DNA from: Stylophora pistillata
Lineage: Eukaryota
Length of the DNA stretch: 64,000 nucleotides
Assembly (NCBI RefSeq): GCF_002571385.2
Contig: NW_019218803.1
Span: forward strand, 1 to 64,000
Reading direction: 5' to 3'
How positions within the stretch are numbered: the stretch's first letter is position 1; every line of letters starts with the position of its first letter. Shown here in pieces: positions 1 through 13,528 of this stretch. Under the pieces are notes generated by a model. That model worked only from the letters and a program-made list of their open reading frames with translations. It ran no database searches and was not told where the DNA came from. Made by a program: the position numbers and the translations under genes.

Positions 1-1380
1 GCGTGCAAGGCCTGCCCCTTGCTTTGCACATGTGGTTTTAACGCAGGTGTGACTGTTTCTCGCGCATGCCACTCCAGCGTCCGAGATTTCACGGAGTTGT
101 GCGTCTATTCCCGAGTTGCCCCGGGTCTAGTGAATCTGGGATTCCATTTTGGCCGCGTTGCCATGCGTTTCCTACAAGTGGCATGCGTGCGTGCAAGGCT
201 CGCCCCTTGCTTTGCACATGTGGCTTTAACGCAGGTGTGACTAACTCTCGCGCAAGCCACTCCGGCGTCCGTGATTTGTGGGAGTTGCGCGTCTATTATC
301 GAGTTCCCCTTGGTCTAGTAAACGTGGGATTCCGTTTTGGCCACGTTGTCATGCGTTTCCTAGAAGTGGCATGCGTGGGTGCAAGTCTCGCTCCTTGCTT
401 TGCACATGTGGCTTTAACGCAGGTGTGACTGACTCTTGCACATGCCACTCCGGCGTCCTTGATTTCCCGGAGATGCGCGTCTATTCCCGAGTTGCCCTGG
501 GTCTAGTAGAGCTGGGATTCCATTTTGGTCGCGTTGTCATGCGTTTCCTAGAAGTGGCATGGGTGCGTGCAGGGCTCGCGCCTTACTTTGCACATGTGGC
601 TTTAACGCAGGTGTGACTGACTCTCGCGCATGCCACTCCGGCGTCCGTGATATCCCGGAGTTGCGCTTCTATTCCCGAGTTGCCCTGGGTCTAGTGAAGC
701 TGGGATTCCATTTTGGCCGCGTTGTCATGCGTTTCCTAGAAGTGGCATGGGTGTGTGCAGGGCTCGCGCCTTGCTTTGCACATGTGGCTTTAACGCAGGT
801 GTGACTGACTCTCGCGCATGCCACTCCGGCGTCCTTGATATCCCGGAGTTGCGCGTCTATTCCCGAGTTGCCCTGGGTCTAGTGAAGCTGGGATTCCATT
901 TTGGCCGCGTTGTCATGCGTTTCCTAGAAGTGGCATGGGTGCGTGCAAGGGTCGCCCCTTGCTTTGCACATATGGCCTTTACGCAGGTGTGACTGACTCT
1001 CGCGCATGCCACTCCGGCGTCTGTGATATCCCGGAGTTGCGCGTCTATTTCTGAGGTCCCTTGGGTCTAGTGAACCTGGGATTCCATTTTGGCCGCGTTG
1101 TCATGCGTTACCTAGAAGTGGCATGCGTGAGTACAAGCCTGAACCCTTGGTTTCCACAGGTGCCTCAGAATGCATTGGGGCTCCTTCGCTCGCATGGCAC
1201 TCCGTCGCCCGTGATTTCCCCGAGTTGCGCGTCTATTCCCTAGTTCCGTAGGGTCTAGTGAACCTCGGATTCCAATTTGGGCTCGTTGGTATGCGTTACG
1301 TAGAAGTGGCATGCGTGAGTACAAGCCTCACCCCTTGGTTTGCACAGGTGCCTCAGAGTGCAGCGAGGCTCCTTCGCACG
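1..1380. repeat. 188-bp tandem satellite, about 7 copies, truncated by the window start
   Basis: The motif TTTGCACATGTGGCTTTAACGCAGGTGTGACT recurs every 188 bp, and ORF-track stops fall at 240, 428, 616, 804 and 992. The last two units (about 1130-1380) are more diverged. Confidence 0.95.
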
Positions 1381-1384
1381 CCTA

Positions 1385-2705
1385 GGCATTTGGTCCACAA
1401 GGGGCCGTTTTGGCAATTTGGCCACTCGTCGCCGATTTGGCATTTTGGCCACTACAAGTCGTTTTGGTATTTTAGCAACTAGTGACTGCTTTGGCATTTT
1501 GGTCACTAGTGGCAAATTTGCAATTTTAGCCACAAGTGGCCGTTTTGGCACTATTGCCACTATTGGCCGATTTGGCATTTTGGCCACTAGTACCCGATTT
1601 TGCATTATAGCCACTTTTAGCCGATTTAGCATCATGGCCACTAGTGACCGTTTTGGAATTTTCGCCCCTAGTGGCCGTTATTGCATTTTGGCCACAGGTG
1701 GCTGATTGGACATTTTGGCCACTAGTGGCCGTTTTGGCATTTTAGCCACTAGTGGCCCATCTGGCATTTTGGCATTTTGGCCAGTATTCACCGTTTTAGT
1801 AGTTTGGCCACTAGTGGCTGATTTGGCATTATAGCTAGTAATGGCTGATTTGGCATTTTGACCACTATTGGCCGTTTTGGCATTTTGGCCACTCGTGACC
1901 GTTTTGGCGTTTAAACCACTAGTGGCCGTTTTGGTAATTTGGCCTCTCGTGATTGATTTGGCATTTTGGCCACTACAGGCCGTTATTGCATTTTAGCAAC
2001 TAGTGGCTGTTTTGGCATTTTGGCCACTAGTGGCTATTTTGGCATTTTGGCCTGTAGTGACTGTTTTGGCATTTCGGCCTCTTATAGTTGTTTTGGCATT
2101 TTGGCTACTATTTGCCGTTTTAGCATTTTGGCCACTAGCGGCCGTTTTGGCATTTCGTCCACTTGTGACCGTTTTGGCATTTTGGCCAGTTGGGGCCGTT
2201 TAGGGGTTTGGGCAACAAGTGACCGTATTTGCAGTTTGGCCACCAGTGGCTGTTTTGAAATTTTGGCCACCAGCGACCGTTAAGGTATTTTTGCCACTAG
2301 CGACTGTTTTGGCATTTTGGTCATTAGTGGCCAAATTGATATTTTAGCCACTAGTGGCTATTTTGGCAGTTTCGCCAATAGTGGCCCACTTGGCATTTTG
2401 GCCACTACTGGCCGTTTTGGCATTATGGCCACCAGTGGCCAGTTTGGTATTTTTGCCATTAGCGGCTGTTTTGGCATTTTGGCCATGAGGGCCGATTTGG
2501 TATTTGGGCCTCTGGTGGCCGTTGTGGCATTTCGGCTACTAGTGGCTGTTTTGGCATTATAACCAGTAGTGGCTGTTTAATTCGGCATTTTTGCCACTAG
2601 GGGCTGTTTTGGTATTTTAACCACTAGTGGCCGTGTGGCATTTTGGCCACTAGTGGCAGTTTTCATGTTTTGGTATTTCAACCACTAGTGGCCGGTTTTA
2701 GTATT
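1385..2705. repeat. 27-bp minisatellite, consensus GGCATTTTGGCCACTAGTGGCCGTTTT
   Basis: Dozens of degenerate 27-bp units. Translations show a 9-aa period (GILATSGRF). The core GGCCACTAGTGGCC is a perfect 14-bp palindrome. Confidence 0.95.
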
Positions 2706-2890
2706 TTTACTGAGCTTTGGACTCGTCCTAAAGTATCCTGCGGGCGGAGAGATGCGCTATCTGCAGAGCAGATTCCGAAGTCTTGTCGAAGCCTTTTTGT
2801 TACTAAATCATTTTTCCCAATAGCTATAAATAGTTAGTTGGGGAAATATCTTTGTATGATAAAACTTGTACAGGACCAGCAGTTTGTCTC

Positions 2891-3177
2891 TATTTTTAAA
2901 CATTCTGAAGTTAAATTTATTACTTTTAGCGCAACACGCATTCACACATAAATAACGGTTGATTAGGGTAACAGGTCCGTACAAAAAATTAATAAATGAA
3001 ACAAAAACAGAACAAAGCAGTTGTAGATTCAAGGATAACCAGAACAGTTCAGAAGATCACACGCTCCAAAACAAACGTTTATTTGGCATTATTCAAATAT
3101 TTTTAAAAATTCTGAAGTTAAATTTATTACTTTTTGCGCAACGTGCATTGTCACATAAATAGCGGATTGATCAGGGT
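2891..3177. repeat. About 80-bp imperfect direct repeat (2891-2969 and 3098-3177)
   Basis: ATTCTGAAGTTAAATTTATTACTTTT..GCGCAAC..CACATAAATA.CGG..TGAT.AGGGT occurs twice, 207 bp apart. Confidence 0.8.
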
Positions 3178-3559
3178 GAGAGAAATAGTTTTTTTAAAAG
3201 CCGTTTTGTTTGTTATTCCAGGTCACTTTCAGGACTAAACACCCTCGCATGATTATAGTTTATGGACTTAAGATATTCAAAGGATGAAACTACATGTTTT
3301 TCTAAATTCAATCTAAATTTTCATTTGATGCAATATTTTTCTTGTGAGCACAACCAAGACAATCCTTATTATTTTAAACGAATTTAGCTCAGTACCATAC
3401 TCGTGGCCGTCATTTTATAAAACGATCGTTGTGAACGAAGCTCACTTAACAACTAATTCCTATTTTTGAGATATTCAGGATGTATCAGCTGAAGTTGAGT
3501 GTTCTGATTAACACCACTAACCCCTTCTAAGCGCGCATTTCGATGGAGTGTAGTCTAAC

Positions 3560-3770
3560 CAAAACCAAACAATAGCCAATCAGAACAAAGGAATACGCCA
3601 CAAGCAGCCAATGTGAACTCAAAGTAAAACAGGCACGCGCGGGAAAACGCGGGTGAACACGACGCGATTGGTTTTACTTTTAAATCTGATTGGTTGAGAG
3701 AGGGTGAAACGAGTCTTTCAGACCAATCACAGAGCGAAGTAAAGTAAAACCAAAGTAATCCTGGATTTTA
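3560..3770. repeat. Interspersed non-autonomous repeat (CCAATCA / GCGCGGGAAAAC type); related copies near 6010-6140, 44270-44560 and 56790-56930
   Basis: Shared blocks AGCCAATCA, GCGCGGGAAAAC, TGATTGGTTGAGA and GACCAATCACAG among copies in this window. Confidence 0.6.
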
Positions 3771-3924
3771 TTAGCGGTCGAGTGAACGATAACATTATGT
3801 GTTGTTCACACAAAGAGCCGACACCTTTGGTCGTGTCTGCATCTCACTACCTATATCAAATGGCCGAGCTCGTTTCACAGTTGAGGTTTCAATATTAGAA
3901 AAAACTGAAGCGAATGTAAGAATT

Positions 3925-6900
3925 TTATTGGCTTTTCAGCTTAATTGGTTCGATTCTCCAAGCTCCAACCACATATCTTAAACTGATCAGGAGTAGATCT
4001 TTGCCCATTTGGAGCCAACTCCATACTGGGATCATCTTTGAACCTAAGAAAAAAAATGGAAGGGAATTGAGAATAAGAATTATATGGAAATTTCAAGGCT
4101 TCAACATGGAAAGGTTTACTCGCAGATATCGCAAAACTATCGCAAATATGCAAAAGGCACTAAACACGAGAGAAGGTACATATGGCGCAGTGAGCGGGAA
4201 AAAAGTGTAAGCTTCGCCAAGGTCTGGAAAAGATGCACAAGAGCGGGAAAACGTGAAATCTTGAGAACACGCGGGAAATCAGATGTGTTGCGCAAAACAC
4301 TGGTAAGCAAGCAATCGATGCCAAAACTTGTGGACGGACAGGGATGGCAGGCGCGAAAAAAATCGAAAACCAAGAATGATTTTGATTGCCTGAAGACAAA
4401 GATTATTGCGCGCAAGATGTACCCGGTTATGTTTCGTCGAAGGCAAAATTTGCAAGGAGGTTTTCTTAGCAACAGTTATGAGTTGCTTTTTTCTCTTCCT
4501 CTTTCATTGCTCGAGCGGTGAAAAACATTGGGGGAAGACAAAATCCATTTTAGCAGTCAAGGAATTCCAATACTGACGGAGGAGAAATTTCATAATAATA
4601 TGAGAATAGCATATGTTTTCTTCTAATACTTAACAAGACAACTAACCTTCGATTTCTGTCCAGTTGACGGCTACTTCTGCTAAAGTGATCTTCAGCTTCT
4701 GTGCAATGTACAGAAGTTCTACATCAAAGGCCCTACGAAAGGGGAATACACTTTTAAACAACAATATAATATATTTTCTAAAGCGCTTACCCGATGTACA
4801 TACATCCTAATTGCCGTGTTTTAACTTAACGCGTTTGGCATGTAATCGTTTGAAAGTTTTCGGAGTTCGTCACAAAGATAACCACGCAGGAAGTTGGCAG
4901 TCCATTTAAAAATGCCCATTCTACAATAGTGAACTGGTTTGTCATTTCGTCCAACCATCTCTTAATCCATTCGTTCACTCGCTCGCTTGCAGGCCATACG
5001 TTTCTCCGGCTGTACATTTGTTCCCGTTCCTTCGTTCTTTGGTTCGCTCATTCGTTTATTCGTTCGCTCGTTGGTTTGCACATTTATTCGTTTGGACCTT
5101 CGTTCTCCCTTCTTTCGTTTAGTCGTTTTCTTGTTTATGTGTTCCTACGTTCGTAACTTCATTATTGTTCGCTCGTTCAGTGATCTCTTCGTTTCCACAT
5201 TCCTGGGAAGAGACTCGGACGTGATTCTCAATGTCGTAAACACTTACCACCGCTCAACGTGGAGAGCGGAAAAAGTCAGTAATGCCGCTGGTCTGGTGAA
5301 AAGCTTAAATCCACACTAAGATAAAAGGGAAAAAAACCAATAAAAACGTTATCTAGTAACAGTTTATAATCTGATACAATGAATATATGAAGTTCATATA
5401 TTCATTGTATCTGATTTTTCATCACAGTTGGCTTGTTAGCTGAATTGGTAGAGCGCTGCACTACTATCGCAGAGGTCAGTGGTTCGAATCCCGTACAGGC
5501 CTTATTTTTTTCAGGTCTAATTTTCGCTATTGCATAAATAGCGCTCTCTACTGCGAGGATCGTGCATCATACGTAATTTATAATCTATTATTTCACCTTA
5601 CATAATAGAAAGTCTAAATTTCCATCTCGTTTAATTGGATTAATCCAGTTATTGAAAACGTCCAGAACAGGACTAATGCGTTAATGATCAAAAAAGAGGA
5701 ATCCTCTCGTTAACTCTACACTGCTGGCATACTTTTGGAAAAATCTTATTTCAGTCCAGAAAAACGCTTTATTTTGTTTGAAAAAGATATGATCAAAATG
5801 GGCTTAAATCAGCTATTCGCTAAAGCAACCGGCGACGCGCATCTGGAAAATACTAGACCAAAGAGATTTCTATGTTTATTTAGATGCTGAGAGAATTTCC
5901 CTCGAAATGGATTTTTTTTATGGTCACCGTACACCATTTGAATTGATGACGAATGAGTTTATGCTCTGCATTCACTGAGGATTGATGGGGCAACCTTCAA
6001 TTCATCTGGACTTCCATTGGTTATGCTTTACTTCGCTCTGATTGGTCTACAACACTCGTGACACCCTTTCAACCAATCAGATATAAAACAATAACCGGAC
6101 ATTCGATCGGCCTCGCTTAGGGTACTCTGCTTGTCTTTATTTTCCTTTTTAGTGATTTAGCCATTGTTGTTGCTTAAAAATTGAAATAAGCTCCGTGAGC
6201 AGTTTTGTCACATTACCTGAGTGTCTCTGATTCCTCGCACGCAAAGAAACCACACCAGGAAGTGAAAGCCATACATTAGAATATTCCTAAAGAAAGTGCG
6301 CTGAACAAAAGGAGAGAGAAAACGCATCAGCAACAAATTTTATCAAACGCGCTGGCTTCAAGGGTGGGTCGGAAAAGTTTCGTGTTTTCATCGGCTTCTC
6401 GAGTGGAAAAGATCGGCCTACAGCCCGCACGGAATTGTCTGCTTGATTCTCATCTTTATTCTCAATTCACGCTTTACACTTCCTGTCATACAGTTCTCAG
6501 AATTTCACCAGGGAGAATTTGGTATCAGATCAAGTAACATCCCCTAATTGATACTTTTCTATCTTCTCATCACCTTTCTGTTTGACAATGTATTGACATG
6601 GTGGAGAGAAATTACTTGTCAATCGCTCCTATGAGTGTAAGGGTTAAGCTTGTCTTACTTGTGCAACAGCTTCATCCTGAAGGTGAGCTCGAGAGCCACA
6701 GACTATCACAGCCATGTTGCCCTGAACAAGGAGAAAATGCAAAATGATCCACAAAATGGTCATCTAAATATTGGTATTCCTCTTTGTCAACTCTAGTGAG
6801 TTTATACATTTAACTGGGTTGGACCAATTCTAATATTCACTTTTTTTCCCTTTCTCTACTTAGCACATTAAGCACATTCCTAATCCACGACTGAAGACAA

Positions 6901-9900
6901 AATTATTAAAAAGAGAGGGTCTTATATTTAGGTATGTGTTACTTCCTTTCTCATGGCAGAGGTGTGAGGGGAAAAAAATTTCAATTCAGGGGTCAAAGTT
7001 TCGAATTTCAGTGTGTCTTACATGATGAGGTATACGTACACCCCTCCTTCACTTTGTCTATCCAATGTGGCAAGAAGGACCAGAAAATACAACAGTTAGC
7101 ATTGGAAAGTATTTTTGCCATGTAGATTCTTCTGATTTTGCACAATTTCACCACCTGCATTATAATTTTTGTATGTTCTTGACAAAGAACCCCCTAAAAG
7201 GGGGTCTCAAGACAGTAGAAAACCCACCTACCATCCTCCTAAGTGTGTCATAAGCATCCCACAACACTCCTTGCCACTGTCATTTTAACACAATTTTCCA
7301 AAAAAAAAAAAACTGAACTGACCTTCATTCCATTCAGCTCATCTAATGCTTTCTCTAATTTTGGCAGGTCAGCAAATTTACTTGCACCATCTGCATCAGC
7401 CATGAGAAGCTGTCTACCTCTGGAGCTGAACATACCCTTGACGCAATGAAAAATGTTGAATGATATTAAAGCCCAATGTTAACTAAAAAGTGAAATATAA
7501 GATCTAAATAAAAATTGGCCACACAGTTTCCTTTACATTTCTTGGTTTCAAATCAGACCATATCCCCTGGTTGATGGTGTTCTTCCTTCCCACCACCCTT
7601 TTGCTTAGAAATGGGTTGAAACTGTAATGAGAAACTCATCTTTGATCATTCTTTAAAACAACTTACCAGTCTAACTGCTCCCCCTTTGCCCCTGTTCTTC
7701 TCCAGTGTCAAAACACGCATTTGGTGGACACCATACTTCCTTGAATATTCCAGAGCCACCTGCATCATACAAAGAAAGGCAAAAAACCACTTTGACGCTT
7801 TCATACAACAATGAGCATATGGGGAACGGTTTATACTTTCATACCAAGGAATAGCCATCTCCACTCATTAAATCATTTTGTTTTATTTATCAGTAATTTC
7901 ACAAAGTTACACATTAGACTTCCATTCCAAACTCATAAGAAGAGAAAACCCTAAAGATGACACACACAAAAATATTATTCCTCCAAGGAGCCATTTCCTC
8001 CTAGCATATGCCTCCTTAAAATGGTTCTCAAGAAACTTCACATATCCAGTCCATATATTTTTCAAATTGATTATTCCACAAACTTTGTTCTTACAATTTA
8101 TATGTCACAAAAGGATTCTTAAAACAGTAGCTACATATATGTATCAACCTTAGTTTAATCATTTATACTTTTAATTTAATCATTCCACAAAGTTTGTTCT
8201 TACGATTTATAAAGGTCGGCACACATGAGGGGACTAGTCCCTGCGACTAGTCCCAGCGACCGGGTTCATGCAACTAGTCCCTTCGTGTGAACTACACATT
8301 TCTGTGGTCGCAGGGACCAAAATTTGGTCCCTGCGACTGGTGGCACGAATTCAAACTGGTTTGAATTCGTGCGACCAGTCGCAGGGACTTGTCGCATGAA
8401 ACAAATGTCTGTCCCTTCGTGTGAACTGTTTGTGCGACCAGTCCCTGCGACTAAATGGTAANNNNNNNNNNNNNNNNNNNNNNNNNNNNNNNNNNNNNNN
8501 NNNNNNNNNNNNNNNNNNNNNNNNNNNNNNNNNNNNNNNNNNNNNNNNNNNNNNNNNNNNNNNNNNNNNNNNNNNNNNNNNNNNNNNNNNNNNNNNNNNN
8601 NNNNNNNNNNNNNNNNNNNNNNNNNNNNNNNNNNNNNNNNNNNNNNNNNNNNNNNNNNNNNNNNNNNNNNNNNNNNNNNNNNNNNNNNNNNNNNNNNNNN
8701 NNNNNNNNNNNNNNNNNNNNNNNNNNNNNNNNNNNNNNNNNNNNNNNNNNNNNNNNNNNNNNNNNNNNNNNNNNNNNNNNNNNNNNNNNNNNNNNNNNNN
8801 NNNNNNNNNNNNNNNNNNNNNNNNNNNNNNNNNNNNNNNNNNNNNNNNNNNNNNNNNNNNNNNNNNNNNNNNNNNNNNNNNNNNNNNNNNNNNNNNNNNN
8901 NNNNNNNNNNNNNNNNNNNNNNNNNNNNNNNNNNNNNNNNNNNNNNNNNNNNNNNNNNNNNNNNNNNNNNNNNNGAACGCCTTAAGGGACTAGTCCCTGC
9001 TACAGGTCCCCTCGTGTAAACCCTTCAAAGACTTGTCGCTGGGACTGGTCACATGGACTAGTCGCAAGGACCAGTCCCCTTGTGTGTGCTGACCTTTAGT
9101 TGTAAAAGGACTCTTAAAACTGTAGCCACATATATGTATCAAGCTTAATATCTTTTTTTTAGAAATCAAACCAGATTGCCTTTTTTTGGAACCATTTCTA
9201 TTTCACCAACCTCAGATGTTGCATCTCTGCTCCCATCATCTACAACTATAATTTCGTAGGTAAAAGATGGCTTCTTTCTCTGTAAAGGAGTAAAAAAAAT
9301 CAAATAAGCCAAAAAAAGCAAAATTCCAGTGAAATCAATTTATAGTCACTTTATTGTTGCAAAATTGTATCAAAGCAGAGTTCACCCAAAATAAATTCAT
9401 TGAATGCTCATTAAAACAATGAACACAAACCAGACAAGGTACAGTAAAATTGATAATAAAGGCATTATTGAGTGTAAATTTAGCTAATGAAAATGTACTT
9501 CATGCTTATTTCCTCTTTACCTTTTCATTTTCCAGATATTCAAATGTTTCATCCAACATTATAGGCACTGAGAACAAATCCAAAAAAGTTAAAGATGATA
9601 AATTGAAAGTTCTGTTGCCTTGTCTCTTCATTAGGGACATAAGATCTCACTGTTATACTAAAAAATTGTTTGTAAGCCTCAAAGGCTGTTATCTAAGAAA
9701 TCTGCTGTGGCAAACTCTTAAAAGCTTTCAAAAACACAAAGTCGTACATCATCCAACAACAAAAGTTAGTTGCCTGTGGCCCCTAAGCTCTTCTTACAGC
9801 ACAACCTTAAATGTTCTTATGCAAAGAAAAAGGCCTCATTCAAATTCAATTGATCAGTTTAAGCAAAAGTTTATAAATTCTAGTGGTAATATAGTGAATA

Positions 9901-11197
9901 AAGGCTGAAAGCTGAGTAAATGCCAGCTGATTTGAACCCAAATAATTTGGATATATCAACAAAGTTGAAATGGTAAATTGGCCACCATAACGATTACAAA
10001 AGCTGATGTTTCGAGCGTTAGCCCTTAATCAGAGCGAATAGAGGAATTGTGGGTTGTGTGTGCTTTTAAAGGCAGAAAATGGAGCTACGTTATTGGTGGG
10101 AAACGTTATTGGTATTGATTTGAAGCCAGCTTATTTGCCATCAGCTGGCTTCAAAAGGTTTTTTCTCTTGCTTGAAGCTTTCCCCCTTGTGGTGTAAGGA
10201 TTTTTATTGGAGTTTCAGTTAAGAATTTCTGAATCCCCTTCAGTGAAGAAGCTTATGCTGCTCTTCCATCACAAGAAGGACCAACAAATTGAGTATCTAG
10301 CAGTGAAAAATAATTCATGTCGTGTGATTCTTTGAATTCCTGCATTTCTGTCAACCTAAATGATTAAGTTTCTATTGACACAAAACAAAGGAATAATTTC
10401 ACAAGGGGCGGAGAGAGTAAAGGTGTCACAGGCATCCCAGGATCAACCCAGGCTACATGCCACCCCCTCTCCAAGCTAACACTCATGAAAAAAATAGTGT
10501 ACAACATTGTACAGACCCTTGCATTGAGTTTCCGAAAATTTGAAGATTATACTTAAAGTAATATAAATGGGGGGGAGAGCTGGATGTTAAGGATTCTGGA
10601 TCCCCAATGAATCCAATGTGACCCCCTCCTCAGAACGCACAAAACCCCGATGTTCTCAATTTCAGGAATTGCAGCGTGGAGAAAAATTTACAGATAGTGT
10701 TGATCTGTTTAATTGATTTTCTTGTCTCTTTATGGCAAAAACATTGAGGAAGCCAATCCAAGATTGCATCAGACAGTAGAACAACTAAACAAATAAAAGA
10801 CCCAATTAATCAAACTCACGTCGTTCCTCTTCGTTGTACGAAGGCACGATCACCGAAAGATCAATGGAGCCAGCTTCCTCCATGATTGGGAAGGGATAGG
10901 TGGCATTGTTTTTGTTTGGATCCTTGTAATATTTTTCACTGTCGAACCTAGAAATTATAGGCACAGCATCATAGGTCGTCATGCGAATTCCTATGAGAAT
11001 CTGTGGAACAATCGGGGAGAAATCGGAGTCACCGTCAAGCGAGAAAATAATTAAGATCACAAAAACGATATTATTTCTAAAATAAAGATTTCTATATCGA
11101 TGGTACTTACTGTCACAATAACAGTTGGAATAAGGAGAAGCAATGCATACACAATGGTCGTTAACGATAAACTGTGAACAATGGAAAGGATATCCAT
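3925..11197 (-). CDS. ALG5: Dolichyl-phosphate beta-glucosyltransferase (GT2), 11 exons, 336 aa
   Basis: Exons 11111-11197, 10820-11000, 9521-9567, 9211-9279, 7667-7759, 7323-7436, 6659-6721, 6217-6300, 5248-5315, 4647-4732, 3925-4043. All GT-AG and phase-consistent, total 1011 nt. N-terminal TM segment plus motifs LSVIVPSYNEEERL, YEIIVVDDGS, NRGKGGAVR, LMADADGA, GSRAHL, DTQCGFKLFTR, WAFDVELL, VNWTEIEGSK. Confidence 0.96.
5373..5575 (+). mobile_element. tRNA-derived ~250-bp-unit repeat copy with a 5' perfect palindrome (ALG5 intron)
   Basis: A-box TTAGCTGAATTGG and B-box GGTTCGAATCC. 5373-5411 is a 19-bp-arm inverted repeat. Same family as the copies at 42239, 57379 and 59370. Confidence 0.8.
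8212..9096. mobile_element. Non-autonomous TIR DNA transposon (PIF/Harbinger-like), containing an assembly gap at 8462-8974
   Basis: About 42-bp imperfect TIRs AAGGTCGGCACACATGAGGGGACTAGTCCCTGCGACTAGTCC / GGACTAGTCGCAAGGACCAGTCCCCTTGTGTGTGCTGACCTT, internal GTCCCTGCGAC sub-repeats, TA/TAA-like flanks. Superfamily is an inference. Confidence 0.8.
9945..10105 (-). mobile_element. Penelope-like element pLTR fragment with degenerate minimal hammerhead
   Basis: The reverse strand reads CTCTGATTAAGGGCTAACGCTCGAAACATCAGC. It is near-identical over about 150 bp to 39730-39896, which follows a GIY-YIG-like C-terminus. Confidence 0.7.
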
Positions 11198-12952
11198 AGT
11201 AGAGAAGAAAGCGTATCAGGAGATCAACTCAAGCGCAAGAGAGTCGGGGAGGAAATGCAGCGTTACCTAATTCTGGCTTAGAAACCACGCCGCTTATACG
11301 GCAGAGAGAAACAAGAGAAACTCGGGGAAGGCAAAGAGGAAGTTATGTAAGTGTTTTAGGGTATTGTCTTCCCTTCTAATGGGATACGTGCCGGAGTGAC
11401 AGGTGCTTGGCGTGAAAGCCAATTTTAATTTCTACGAAAGTTTGGAGCGGATGATAAAAATGTTAATCCACTTTCCCACCAGAAAGTAATGGGACGTAGT
11501 TTTCTCTTGATGTTCCTCAAAGTTTTGGACGCGCCAGAAATCCAATGGTAACGAGAATAAATCGATATAAAAGTGGAATTGTGGTCTCCCAAAATCTAGC
11601 CAGACAATCTCTAAAGTTCCGATAAATATCTTATATGTTTTCTTCTACCGATGCGGCATCCTATCCTTCCCTCCCCTGCCTATTCCCTCCTCTCCCCTCC
11701 CCTGCCCATTTCTTTCACCCAAGTTTCCCCCCCCCCCCAAATTTCTCCACCTGTGTAGGAAACTGCGGCAAATCAACTCTGGTACAAAAATGTTTCTGGT
11801 TTCGTCCCGCAAATCTGGTAACATCTCTATTTTTGCTAGCCCGTGCGTGAAATGACTGACAACTGAGAAAAGGGTTGAAGTTGGGAGAAAAAAAGACAAG
11901 GCTAAGACTAACTTATTTGAAAAACGCAGTAAATTACTCTGTTTCTATTTACATATAACACTGAACAAATTAAGACACTCAATGCAAAGTGCAAACTACC
12001 TTACGTCACTTGACACAAAAAGTCAAAACAAGGCAAAGCGAGAAAACAATAAGACCCGTGTCAGTGGCTCCCTCGCTGATGTGTCTTCTGTTTTGACTTC
12101 AAAATGACAGAAATGGTTTCTACAGAAATGGTACAACAGATGTGCTAATGGTCAGCAACGTTTATTTAGGAACGAGACCATTGTGTTTGAAATCTTCTTT
12201 GCAAACAATAGCCTCTGAACTGAGTTGTTTACATCAGTAGGACGTATACTATCTTATGCATGCACAGTTTTGTGACACAAGTATTTCTCTGCAAGAGTTC
12301 GCCACCAGGAAAAAGTTACAACTGTTTAGTCCTGCTTGAAAGCGTCCAGTTATCATCAATCGCTTCGTCAATTGTAAATCAGAGAAAAATGAGACGGTGA
12401 AATTGTTACATTATTCTACCGCAAGAAGAGTTGTAAAAGTTTAAGGGTTTTGTAATCAAGTGCCTCACAGTCTTGGATTTGCAAGTGTTTATCTGGTACC
12501 GGCTGGTTTAGACTTAAATGAATTTTTAGTCGTAGTTGCCGAGGTTTATGTAGAACAAGGAGATGGTTGGTTAACTCCATGAACTTCTAGAAAGGATTCT
12601 CATTAACGCCGCCACGGGATACTACAGTTTAACCGACGGGACAAATTATGGATCGAATAGGACCAATTCTAACTTCTTTGTTGGGGCCGGACAAGACAGA
12701 AGGCAGTCGTGGCAACGCGTAGCGTCTTAAAGATCTAAAGCAAATATTCCTTTCAATTCGACGAAATCTTCATCAACGTGAACTCATTCCAAAGTCGTAC
12801 TTACAAAGCTGTCGTTAGAAATGATGAATTCTAAACAGCTTTTGCTTGAGTTAAAGTAGGTTTTAAGTTCTGTGCTAAATTGAAGAGGCTGTCTACTCCC
12901 GATAATTGGGATCAGTCCAGTCAAGCTCGGTTTTTTTTTAACATTATCAAAG

Positions 12953-13489
12953 ATGCCAATTTCTTCTTATCATGGATTGAGGAAGAATTCTGTCCCGGCG
13001 ACGCCGTGGAACAGCACAAGAAGTTCACCTCATAAAAACCTTTCTCGTAATAACTCAACGTCTTACAACTCAAACAAAAGACTCCTTGGTTTGCCAAGAT
13101 TATGGAGTCACGAGGAAAATATGATAGACGACGAACAAGGCCACGGAGATAAATATTCCAAGAGTTGTCCTTCCTCAATTGTTCATAGTTCAAGAATATC
13201 TTCGGTCAGCTCTCGACCTAGAAGCGCTCGTTTGGCGGCTGATAGAAGACTAAAAAGACGAGATACATTTCCAAAGTTTACAAGCGAATTTCATCGCATT
13301 GAAAGTCGGGAATATAGAAGAAGCAAGAGTGATCCATCAATTCTTGCAGAGAAGAAGCGAAGGAAAAGTAGTAGTTTTTCGAGTCCAAAAAGGCCATCAA
13401 CTTTATGGACTGTGGGTAAGAGGCAAGAAAAACCTAATTCGTCCTCGACATGCAGAAAAAAGGTAGGAAGTCGGTTTACCATTTGCGCC

Positions 13490-13528
<39 letters not shown>

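Noticed and set aside
1-2705. CRISPR-like appearance of regular repeats with a palindromic core
   Set aside because: No unique spacers, no cas genes, and a eukaryotic context.
19-2837. Many ORFs with repeated peptides (FAHVALTQV, GILATSGRF, KRPLVAKMP)
   Set aside because: These are translations of satellite units with scattered stops and frameshifts and no splice structure.
4084-4521. 145-aa basic ORF
   Set aside because: It lies antisense within the last ALG5 intron over degenerate GCGGGAAA repeats.
5430-5502. tRNA gene calls at 5430, 29070, 42310, 55220, 57500 and 59405
   Set aside because: They are imperfect cloverleaves embedded in multi-copy repeat bodies, so they were treated as tRNA-derived elements.
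8421-8993. Long ORFs of X residues
   Set aside because: Artefact of the N gap at 8462-8974.
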